From Parasphingorhabdus sp. (GTDB lineage: Bacteria; Pseudomonadota; Gammaproteobacteria; Arenicellales; CAJQKF01): a stretch of DNA of 64,000 bases. The notes under the pieces were generated by a model. That model was given only the letters and a program-made list of their open reading frames with translations. It had not been told where the DNA came from and searched no databases. A program made the position numbers and the translations under genes. The stretch is taken from the NCBI GenBank assembly GCA_047615875.1, contig JBLHGU010000001.1, positions 1,647 to 65,646 on the forward strand. Reading direction: 5' to 3'. Shown here piece by piece: positions 1-8,739 of this stretch. The number at the start of each line of letters is the position of its first letter. Positions within the stretch are counted from its first letter, which is position 1.

Positions 1-258
1 TGTTACAGGAATGGCGCAGATACTGCCGGGTTGGCATTTTTCCACCGGACGATAGAGTTGAAATCCGGCCCAGGCAAACATCACAACAACAACCACTAGA
101 AAATACGGTGTATAAGGACGCATTTCAGTTAGCGTTCCAACCCATGTGCCGCCAATACCCAATAGCACCAGTACCAGAGGCATTACACAACATAAACTGG
201 CACCTATGGCTGCGAAAATACCCCCAACAAGTGGTACTGCGGGCGAAGAGTTTTCCAT
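1..258 (-). CDS. merT: Mercuric ion transport protein MerT; N-terminal 86 codons, gene continues past the left edge
   Basis: Reverse-strand translation from ATG at 258 reads MENSSPAVPLVGGIFAAIGASLCCVMPLVLVLLGIGGTWVGTLTEMRPYTPYFLVVVVVMFAWAGFQLYRPVEKCQPGSICAIPVT. It has the vicinal Cys pair in TM1 and a second Cys pair (C-x5-C) as in MerT. It is absent from the ORF track because it is truncated. Confidence 0.85.
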   Translation of the reverse strand, partial: MENSSPAVPLVGGIFAAIGASLCCVMPLVLVLLGIGGTWVGTLTEMRPYTPYFLVVVVVMFAWAGFQLYRPVEKCQPGSICAIPVT

Positions 259-282
259 CTTTGATCTCAAACTGAGTAAGAC

Positions 283-318
283 CTTAATAGTACACTCCGT
301 ACTAAGGTACGGAGTCAA
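283..318 (-). promoter_or_regulatory. mer operator / PmerT promoter (MerR binding dyad inside an over-long -35/-10 spacer)
   Basis: The reverse strand reads TTGACTCCGTACCTTAGTACGGAGTGTACTATTAAG. This gives a -35 TTGACT, a perfect 9-bp inverted repeat ACTCCGTAC / GTACGGAGT separated by 4 bp, and a TACTAT-like -10 after a 19-20 bp spacer. The layout matches the Tn501/Tn21 mer operator as I remember it (TTGACTCCGTACATGAGTACGGAAGTAAGGT). It lies 25 nt upstream of the merT ATG. Confidence 0.75.
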
Positions 319-320
319 TA

Positions 321-731
321 TTATTCGACTGTGTTGAGCACTAAAGATTCAATAATGGGGCACTGGGTAGGATTAGCGTTTGAATCGCAAGCATCAACAA
401 GTTCAGTTAGAACATGCTCTAGTCGGGATAAATCCGTCAGCTTGCTCTGAATAGTTATTAACTTGGCTTTAGCAATCGATCTAACTTCTGAACAATCGCC
501 ATCTGACAGGGATAAGAGTTGGGCTATTTCGTTGAGAGTGAATCCCAATTGTTGGGATTTCCTAATAAAGCAGATACGAGCGTAATGTTGCTCGCCATAA
601 ACTCGGAAACCTTGTTGGGGCTTTTCCGGTTCAGGAAGTAACCCCTTTCTATGATAGTAACGAATAGTCTCGATATTTACCTGGCTGGCAATTGCGAGTT
701 TTCCAATCGTACAATTTATAAATGATGCCAA
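321..731 (-). CDS. merR: Hg(II)-responsive MerR family transcriptional regulator
   Basis: 136 aa. N-terminal HTH (IGKLAIASQVNIETIRYYHRKGLL). Three Cys sit at the MerR metal-ligand positions (DGDCSE, VDAC, TQCPII). It is adjacent to the mer operator and merT. Confidence 0.85.
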   Translation of the reverse strand: MASFINCTIGKLAIASQVNIETIRYYHRKGLLPEPEKPQQGFRVYGEQHYARICFIRKSQQLGFTLNEIAQLLSLSDGDCSEVRSIAKAKLITIQSKLTDLSRLEHVLTELVDACDSNANPTQCPIIESLVLNTVE

Positions 732-994
732 GATTTTGCCCGTGAGTTTTTTGCTCTCATCATCTCTATTCTACCGATTAAACTCGTCTGGATATTCAGT
801 AATTACATTTGTTTGAACATTATGAGTGCTCGGCTTTACGTTTCTGCAAGGCTCAAACATACAACGTTGCTTAGATAGCGACGCATGCCGTCGAACTGGC
901 GGCAAGGGAATTTAACTCATAGCAAACAACCTATGCCGGATTAAATATAAAGTTCCGATATTATGGTGATGAAGAACTGTTAGGAAGCGTATAG

Positions 995-1433
995 ATGAAA
1001 ACTGAAGTAAAAATTAACGGTGGATGCCTTTGCGGCAGTGTTCGTTACGAAATTTCTGGTCCGCATCATTGATGCAGATCACTGTCATTGTTCTAAATGC
1101 AGACGGCAGCGTGGCGCGGTATTTTCGACTTATGCAGAATTTCGTCCAGGAGATTTTAAATGGATATCAGGAGAGGACTGTATAAAAATATACGAAACAC
1201 TATCAGGCGCGGGATGGTGCTTTTGTAGCGAGTGTGGCTCGTCTTTAGCCGGGTCCAAAAATGGCAGGATCACCACAATAACGCTAGGTACAGTGGAAGG
1301 AGATCCGGATGTAAAGCCCATGTCGCACATCTTCACAGGTTCCAGGGCTCAATGGTATGAAATAGAAGATGATCTTCCGCAATTCGAAGAACGGCCGCCA
1401 GACACATGGAAGCTACCACACGAAGTCTCCTAG
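995..1433 (+). pseudogene. GFA (glutathione-dependent formaldehyde-activating / CENP-V) family protein, frameshifted
   Basis: The frame from ATG 995 gives MKTEVKINGGCLCGSVRYEISGPHH-stop (TGA 1070-1072). The rest of the domain (IIDADHCHCSKCRRQRGAVFS...CSECGSSLAG) lies in the frame of ORF 1020..1433. The two Zn-Cys motif halves are therefore split between two frames. Confidence 0.7.
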
Positions 1434-1695
1434 CCTGGCAGTAGAACATTTCCAATTTTTGCCACATGGACCAAAAACCACAGCCGACGACTTTTCGGAG
1501 TGGCTAAGAGTTGCGACGAACTCAATCGATAAATGAACATAGTGAAAAAAGTGACTAGAGTTGAAATAGTCGACTGTCCGTAATACTCTGAATGCTCTTT
1601 TAAATCTTACATAGAGAATGATTAGAACAGGCTAACCTGTTAACTATTTCCACAGCACTATATTGGATCACCAACCGCTATTTCGAAGAATATAA

Positions 1696-2229
1696 ATGCC
1701 TCAAATTCACACTCAAGACCCGAACTTCTTCCTGAGGATTGCAGACCCTGAAGATGCAATCCTGGTTGTTAGTTTTATGAAGAAACTGGGGGTTTTTCAA
1801 AAAATGGTCGATGAAATTACTGCTACACCAGAACGAATAGAAAGACTACTTGCATCTAAACAAGGTGAAGCGGTATTTGGAATTTATGATGGAGAAACTG
1901 TTGGTTTTGCCTATTTTCATCAGAAAAGCTCAGCCTTTACCGGCTGCTCAGGGCTGTTCATCGATGGAATTTTTATTGATGGTTCAATGCGCGGTAAAGG
2001 ATTAGGCAATATTATGATGCAGTTTTTGTCAAAACACGCCCTCGATCGTGGAGGTGAAATGCTCGAATGGGGTTGCCTGGACTGGAATGCCCCTGCCATC
2101 GAATTTTACGAAAAGTTAGGCTCCTACTGTCTTGATACGATGCACATATATCGTATATCCCCTGACGATTTAGCGGTAAACGGAGCGTTGTTTACAGGTG
2201 CATCAGAAACTAAGCCTTTCGCAAAGTAA
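1696..2229 (+). CDS. GNAT family N-acetyltransferase
   Basis: 177 aa with an acetyl-CoA binding motif region (MRGKGLGNIMMQFLSKHALDRG ... NAPAIEFYEKLG). Confidence 0.75.
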   Translation: MPQIHTQDPNFFLRIADPEDAILVVSFMKKLGVFQKMVDEITATPERIERLLASKQGEAVFGIYDGETVGFAYFHQKSSAFTGCSGLFIDGIFIDGSMRGKGLGNIMMQFLSKHALDRGGEMLEWGCLDWNAPAIEFYEKLGSYCLDTMHIYRISPDDLAVNGALFTGASETKPFAK

Positions 2230-2371
2230 AGTAGCAAAAACCTCGCATGTATTCATTTGTTACTCTTTTCCGTACCACAGTACTCAATTGTGCAATTACC
2301 GAAATCTGGCTGAATGCCAGGTAAAATTGAATCGGCAATTCGAAAGAGATGACCTTGATATCTATTAGTGT

Positions 2372-3520
2372 TTAACTACCAATAGATTTAGATTCAAATT
2401 GTTCGGCATAAAAAAATGTTGATTTCAGACCTGTGCCAGTTAGTAATACAATGGTTTCTTCATCAGATCGAATAGTCCCGGATGTAATTAATTTTTTCAT
2501 TCCAGCCGCAGCATGGGCACAGGTAGGTTCGACGTATAGGCCAGATTGGCTGAGTTTCATAGTGGCATCTATAATCTCAGGCTCAGAAAGCGTTACTGTA
2601 GTGCCGCCGGTTTCACGAATGGCTTGTACCATTTCTGTTAAGCGAATGGGATTCTTAATCGTGGTTCCTTCAGCTACAGTCGGGGCATATTTTATATTAC
2701 TAAGTTCAGAAAATCCGTAATTCAAGGCAATATGTAATGGGGGGCAATTATCTGGTTGAGAAACAAATAATTTCGGCATGCGGTCGGTCTCACCAGAAGC
2801 CATTAGTTCGCGAAATGCGATATAGCAACCTAATAGATTGCTACCAGCGGATGCAGGTATGACTATGTTATCAGGAACCTTAAAACCTAAATCTTCCCAT
2901 ATTTCGTAGCCGACAGTTTTTGTGCCTTGCAGAAAGAAGGGATGCTAGTTATGACTAGCATAAAAAGCTTCGTCAGCCATTTTTATTGCCGCTTCTTCAG
3001 TTGCTTCACGTGGCCCAGGTACAAGAACAACCTGCGCGCCATAGGCTCTAATTTGTGCGATTTTAGCTGGCTGTGTCGAAGCAGGAACGAGGATTTTTAC
3101 TGCCATTCCAGCAGCGGCTCCATAGGCTGCAACCGATGCGCCGCCATTACCAGAGCTGTCTTCAATTACTGTGGTAATTCCTTGTTGTTTTAACACCGAA
3201 AGCATCACAGATGTTCCTCTATCTTTGAAGGAACCTGTTGGTGAGAACCACTCCAGCTTGAAGTGACAGTCGATACCTTCATAGGTCTTTTTGATCAGTG
3301 GTGTGCATCCCTCACCGAGGGTAATTGGGTCTTGGATGGGAATGGGCAAGGTTTTTGCATAGCGCCAGATCGATCCCTTTGTTTGATCAATCTCCGAGCG
3401 CTTAATGCCAGAAAGAGTGCTTATTAGCAAAGGACTGCCATTTGGCGCACGCCAACAGGGCACATCAATAGGATATGTTTTGTTGGTAATTGGATCTATA
3501 AATGTGGGTGGTGAATCCAT
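2372..3520 (-). pseudogene. Threonine-synthase-like PLP-dependent enzyme (TrpB/ThrC fold) interrupted by one in-frame TAG
   Basis: ORFs 2945..3520 and 2372..2803 are in the same reverse frame. The N-part carries the PLP-Lys motif (LEWFSPTGSFKDRG). The sequence reads ...FYASHN-TAG-HPFFLQGTKTVGYEIWEDLG..., so homology continues straight through the stop at 2945-2947. Confidence 0.75.
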
Positions 3521-3818
3521 AGTCCTTATCTTCTCGTTAAGTATTTATTGATTGAAATGCAATAGATAGGCGAACTAATTCCAGCTTCTCATCTCTGAAT
3601 GACTACGTTATTTTAGCAGTTCCAGCTGCCGCGATGCGGGCTACCAACATGGGACAGTTATATCTCATGAGGGCGCCAGTTCTGCCAAAGTGACTAGTAT
3701 TGGAATGGTTGCAGTATTTGGGAACCATTATTAGATACCAGCTAATGTAGAGAAATTAAATTGGTTATTTAGTAAACTGTCGCTGTAATTTCGAACTAAA
3801 TTAGCAGGACATGTGATT

Positions 3819-4142
3819 ATGAAAAAGAACTCAGTTATCTGTGCATTTTCTTTAACGTGCGCAATTTGCGGCGGTATTAGCAACGCTGGAAATGTCGATG
3901 AGTTGATTGAGATCTGTCTTTCATCGACTAATATGGGCGAAGAGATTTGCACATGCATGGCAAATAAAGCTGTTATTGAATTATCACCTGGAGGTTTTAA
4001 TTTTATGTTTGCCAATATGCAAAAAGATAAGGTTAAGGCAAAAGAGATTGCCAGCACGTTAGAAGTGCAAGAGATGACAGCTGCCATGATGTTTACACTA
4101 AAGGCACCCACCGCGTGTGCTAAAGAGCTATCAGGGCAGTAA
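3819..4142 (+). CDS. Small Cys-rich secreted hypothetical protein
   Basis: It has a signal-peptide-like N-terminus (MKKNSVICAFSLTCAICGGISNAG). The overlapping antisense ORF 3731..4150 looks like non-coding mirror sequence. No family was recognised. Confidence 0.4.
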   Translation: MKKNSVICAFSLTCAICGGISNAGNVDELIEICLSSTNMGEEICTCMANKAVIELSPGGFNFMFANMQKDKVKAKEIASTLEVQEMTAAMMFTLKAPTACAKELSGQ

Positions 4143-4504
4143 CCTGGCAAAACAATGCATCGATATTAGAAAGTAAGCTAAGAGAATGTGGCCTATAAAA
4201 TAAGTTATACGTAGTTGTGATGTTATCGTATAAGTTGTAGAAGTTTCGATCTGATCCGACACAGTGCAATCAAACTTGTCCGCATCAGGTGGTGTTAACT
4301 TGCCATACGCAAAACGAAGGTTTGTCCACTCGTTGAATCCAAACTCAATGACGAAAAATGGTTTCCAGTGAAGGCAGAAACGGTTTGGTAACATCAGTCT
4401 AGTCGATTATTTTCCCTATTCTCGGACTTAATATGATAAAGACTGTGTGTCTATAAATCAGTAAGTCGGCTCAAAGTAAGTTGCAGAAATATTGGAGCAT
4501 TAAA

Positions 4505-6164
4505 ATGAATCAATTATTAAAGTTTGGGACTTCGTGTTTTCTGGTCATTGGCCTGGTTGTTAGTCCATTGTTAAGTGCGCAAAATGAGTCTTCGAATCGG
4601 CCGCTCTACATAATATTTGACGGCTCGAACTCGATGTGGGGAGAACTGCCGGATAAATCTCGAAAAATTGCGGTAGCCAAAGAAGTGTTTAATGACTTGG
4701 ATGTGGCACTGTTTAAAGATCGAGAAGTGGCACTGCGAATTTATGGGCACCGCCGAGCAGGAGATTGCAGCGATATGGAACTTGTCGTACCGTTTGCTTT
4801 CGGGGGAAACTCGCTTGAGCTGATTTCCACCCAGGTAAATGACGTAAGTCCACGGGGAAGACACCAATATCTAGCAGTCTGATCGCAGCCCTTGCGGATT
4901 TTAATGGGCGATCTGGAGATGTGTTGTTGATCTCCGATGGCATCGAAACCTGTGATGTGGATCCTTGTGAATTGGTGCAATCCTGGCGCGACGACAACAT
5001 CGATATTCGGGTCCATGTGGTGGGCCTGGGCTTAACTGATTTATCGAGAAGTGCTATGCAATGTATTGCCGAAGCTTCTGGGACGAAGTACCTGGATGCC
5101 AATTCCGCTGGAGAACTAAATAATGGAATAAAGACTGTCACCCAGAGCGAGCCAGTTTTGCAGCTACAGCCTCAAAAGATGAGCCTGGAATTTAAAATTC
5201 TAGGCGAAGATGAAGAAGGCAGCTTTGTACCCGTGCTTGGTACGATAACTCATCAGAATATGCAGGCCCAACAGATTGCCAGCAACAACCGCTATGTGTT
5301 TGAAGGCGGGCACTATTCAATTACTGTGGGCGTACCCACAGTTAACAATATTATTTATCAGCCAGTTATCCAGGATGTAGAGATTAATTCTTCTGGCCTG
5401 ACCAAGGTGGTTATGCAACTTCAATGACCACCGACCATTCGAACAAAATTTTTAGAAAATGGTGAGGCGGTGCACGGGGTTATCGCCATTGCTTATCAAG
5501 AGGGAAAGGAAGTGTTTAAATTGCGCCCTGGAGAAGACTATTTCGTAATGCCTGGTGCATATGAATTCACGGCTGACTTAAATAAGGACAATAGGTTGGA
5601 AACCACCGCTAGCATTTTAGCTGGTGACGACAACGACGTGGTATTTACCGCGGTTGAAACCGTACATACCACATTTGTTGTGTATGCCCAGGGTCAGGAC
5701 AAAAAACTACGGCAGAACCAGGAGCTCTGGCAGGATGGTGAACTAAAGTACAAAGTACAAAGTACAAAGTCCATGTGCATAATGGCGCCGCGATTCGGCC
5801 TGGGATCTATACTCTAATATCTCATAATGTACTGACTAGGTATGAATTAAAAAATATAGAGGTTCCCAACAATGAAAAACAAAAACTCGAATTTACAATA
5901 CCCGCGGGTAAAGCGAATATCAAATACACATTTGTACAACAACCCGACAACAACGGAAGACGGTGCTGGGTGAATTCGGTTGATGCCAAAGGAATAAAAT
6001 CGAAAAAACGCAGTTCGGAGATCTGTGACGGTCGTGAAATTGTGTTGAACGAAGGACGCTATTTCGTATCGACCTGGAGTTCGCTGGGGGACTTTGAAGA
6101 CACCTATTTCGATGTAGTGGTTAGCCAGACTTCAGAAGTTTCTATTCAGCAGAATAGTCTGTAG
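4505..6164 (+). pseudogene. Secreted von Willebrand factor A (vWA) domain protein with C-terminal beta-sandwich repeats, carrying three independent lesions
   Basis: GGAG lies 8 nt before ATG 4505, followed by a signal peptide. vWA motifs are IIFDGSNSMWG and, after a frame change, GKTPISSSLIAALADF...LLISDGIETCDVDPC. Lesions: a 1-nt loss in the G4 run at 4854-4857, an in-frame TGA at 5425-5427, and a +14-nt tandem duplication at 5745-5765. The four track ORFs (4481, 4921, 5470, 5775) are pieces of one gene. Confidence 0.8.
5745..5772 (+). repeat. Heptanucleotide tandem repeat (AAAGTAC x3 plus a degenerate AAAGTCC) inside the vWA gene
   Basis: Read directly: cta AAAGTAC AAAGTAC AAAGTAC AAAGTCC atg. 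Deleting two units restores the frame across 5470..6164 (ELKYKVHVHNGAAIRPG). Confidence 0.9.
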
Positions 6165-6645
6165 TACAATTTTTGGTGCTGCCAGGTTAACTTCCCCAAA
6201 GCGACAATGTTTTCGGTCTTGTCGTATTGCTGTATGGGCAATATAACCACGCAGAATGTCATTAAGCTTAACGCATCTACAAAGATCAGAAAATCTCAAT
6301 CAAAAAAGACACTTTAACTAGCCCTCCGTTAGTTTGTGGCTGTGTGCCGCGATTCTTGGGTTTTTTCTGTTTAGCGAAGTGCCAGATATCTACACTATTA
6401 CCAGTGCGATCGTTATCATTAGCTCATCTGTTTACATCTTTCGTCGTGAGTCACTGTTGAAAAAGAAAAAAGTCGTATGATTCAACAAATCATTTTTCTG
6501 AACAAGATATAATTCACGAGCCAATCGAATTGATTGTGTTGAACTCCCTGGTTTAGCAAAATTCTCTCCCGCTCAAGATCCTGTGAACACTCCAGGGTCT
6601 TTTCGCTGTGTACACTATTTTTAGTGAAGAATAATTCTAATAAAC

Positions 6646-7881
6646 ATGACAAAAAAAGATATTTGTGGGCTTGATTTTGGTACTTCCAACACCGCAATTA
6701 GCATTCCAAATGGCAATGCTGTTGAGCTGGTACCTATTGAGGGGTTGAATACAACAATACCATCGGCGATGTTTTTTCCCTTTGATGGAGAAGAAGTCAC
6801 CTATGGGCGGCAGGCAATAACCGAATATACCAGTCAATTTAGTGGCCGATTAATTCGTTCATTAAAGTCTGCCTTAGGGACTGATATAGCCACAGAGAAA
6901 ACACGGATTCTGAATGATGACTTAAGTTTTGAGAATTTGATTTCTTGTTACCTTGATGAAATTAAACGACGAGTGGAGAAAGATACCGGTCGAAAACTTA
7001 GACGAGTCGTTATGGGTAGACCAGTCAATTTCAATGACGAAAAGAAACATAAAAATGCCGAGGCAGAAGAGATGCTGCAACGCGCACTGGAGGCTATTGG
7101 CTTCAAAGAAGTTTCCTTTATGTATGAGCCGGTTGCCGCCTGGGAGTACGCGAAACACAAATCTCAACAAGGCAAGATGTTTCTTGTATTTGATTCAGGT
7201 GGAGGAACCACGGACATTTCTATAGTTCATATCGACAATAATGATAAAGAACATTTTCTGGCATCCGGCGGTATTAAGTGGGCTGGAACGAATATTGACT
7301 ATGAATTGGGTATGCTCCGAGTTATGCCCGTGTTTGGTTATGGTGAAAAGATTCGGGATCGACAGTTGCCCCACTGGGTTTATCAAAGACTCGCATCCTG
7401 GGGCAGAATATTTGAGCTCTACAAACGCGATGAAAGACTAATGCTAGATGGGATTCTAAAACCTGTACAAGCTATACCTAGCATGCGCCGACTGTCTAAA
7501 GTAATTAACTCAATGCTTGGGCATAGAGTTGTCGGTGATGTCGAACAGGCAAAAATATTGTTAGCAACACATCGGCAAGTTAATTTAACGTTGGATTATA
7601 TAGAGAAAGATTTTGCTGTTGGTATCTCTAGAAATGATATGCAGGATTCAATAGGCAAGGGGGTTGTGAAACTTGAAAAGAATCTTAATGAAGTATTAAG
7701 TTCTGCAGATGTAACGCCAGACAAGATTGACGTCGTTCTATTAACCGGTGGGACGTCAAAAATTAAAGATTTGCAGGAGCTGTTACATCAAAAATTCTAC
7801 AATGCCAGATTCGAGACTAGCGACACTTTTGGGGCAGTTGCAACAGGGCTTGGATTAGAGGCGAAAAAGAAATTTTCTTAA
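6646..7881 (+). CDS. Hsp70-family ATPase, YegD-like (actin-fold, no substrate-binding domain)
   Basis: 411 aa. Phosphate-1 motif GLDFGTSNTAISI, phosphate-2 DSGGGTTDISIV, adenosine motif LLTGGTSKIKDL. Overall collinear with E. coli YegD as remembered. Confidence 0.8.
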   Translation: MTKKDICGLDFGTSNTAISIPNGNAVELVPIEGLNTTIPSAMFFPFDGEEVTYGRQAITEYTSQFSGRLIRSLKSALGTDIATEKTRILNDDLSFENLISCYLDEIKRRVEKDTGRKLRRVVMGRPVNFNDEKKHKNAEAEEMLQRALEAIGFKEVSFMYEPVAAWEYAKHKSQQGKMFLVFDSGGGTTDISIVHIDNNDKEHFLASGGIKWAGTNIDYELGMLRVMPVFGYGEKIRDRQLPHWVYQRLASWGRIFELYKRDERLMLDGILKPVQAIPSMRRLSKVINSMLGHRVVGDVEQAKILLATHRQVNLTLDYIEKDFAVGISRNDMQDSIGKGVVKLEKNLNEVLSSADVTPDKIDVVLLTGGTSKIKDLQELLHQKFYNARFETSDTFGAVATGLGLEAKKKFS

Positions 7882-8016
7882 CCATGGCACAGTACTGACT
7901 GTTCTCGACTGACACAATACTTGCGCAGGAATTCCTTGAGTTAGGGGGAGTGGTTTTGACTCAACTCCGAAGAGTTCCGTGGCAAGCTTTAATTGCGGAT
8001 TAATTATAGAAGGGTT

Positions 8017-8526
8017 TTAGCCCGTGGCAGCCATCGGCATATCATTTTCAATGTCAGAGTAAGTTTGCCAGTAAAAGTCCGCATCCGTCGCACTCATTTT
8101 TCCATACCAGCTCATATAGGCTGCAGATTGTCGAAGTAGATAATCCTTATGGTTACGCACCCAGGTTTCGAAACACCAGTCAGTCATTTCTGGGGCAGGC
8201 ATATTATTTTCGCTAAAGAACGAGGCCAACACTGTTTCGCCTGAATCCAGCTTTACGTAGCAGGGAGCCAGTGCATATTCTTCACCCTCGTAAAACAAAA
8301 TTCTATCCAGTTGTGCTTTAGATAGTCCACAAAGCAATTGCCCTGAGGCGATACGACTCTCATCGACAACCAACATCGGGTAGTCCTCATGAGGAAGCCT
8401 GGCCACACGAAAGTTTTCCAGTTTGCAGGACACCATTGACAGCCGGTCGGTGTTTTCTTCCAGAACACAAGCCACAACATCCCAGTCCATCAGGGATCCG
8501 AAACAAAATAGTGGTGCTTGATTCAT
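8017..8526 (-). CDS. Gamma-glutamylcyclotransferase (AIG2/GGCT-like) family protein
   Basis: The N-terminus MNQAPLFCFGSLMD resembles the GGCT-fold YGSL motif. The start was chosen at the second Met. The C-terminal half was not recognised. Confidence 0.5.
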   Translation of the reverse strand: MNQAPLFCFGSLMDWDVVACVLEENTDRLSMVSCKLENFRVARLPHEDYPMLVVDESRIASGQLLCGLSKAQLDRILFYEGEEYALAPCYVKLDSGETVLASFFSENNMPAPEMTDWCFETWVRNHKDYLLRQSAAYMSWYGKMSATDADFYWQTYSDIENDMPMAATG

Positions 8527-8739
8527 GGCGCAGTCTCTCAAATTGGAGGCCGAATTGTATGGAATATAATATTATTTGCAATAGCGTGACTGTTGTTGAA
8601 GGCTGATTCGAGGTGTAAAAAGCGACTATTTGTGGGTGTTTTTCGAAATTCAACTAATCTTGATGCTGAATGGCCGAGCGCCACGATTCTGCTGGCATGC
8701 TTTATAATAGGCGCATCCGATTCCAACTGTTAAATCGTC

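Noticed and set aside
3731-4150. A 139-aa reverse ORF overlapping the small secreted-protein ORF.
   Set aside because: There is no motif and the hydrophobic, low-complexity composition is irregular. The plus-strand ORF has a credible signal peptide. Both remain weak.
4131-4394. An 87-aa reverse ORF containing ...TYTITSQLRITYF, reminiscent of a beta-barrel OMP C-terminus.
   Set aside because: It is only a short fragment with no signal peptide or N-terminal barrel, and the ORF reads past the putative terminal Phe. It may be a gene relic, but this cannot be supported by eye.
5425-5427. In-frame TGA in the vWA gene as selenocysteine, or the TAG at 2945-2947 as programmed recoding or pyrrolysine.
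   Set aside because: The vWA gene carries two additional frame-breaking lesions. I saw no SECIS-like hairpin directly downstream and no sel or pyl genes in the window. Nonsense mutation is the simpler reading.
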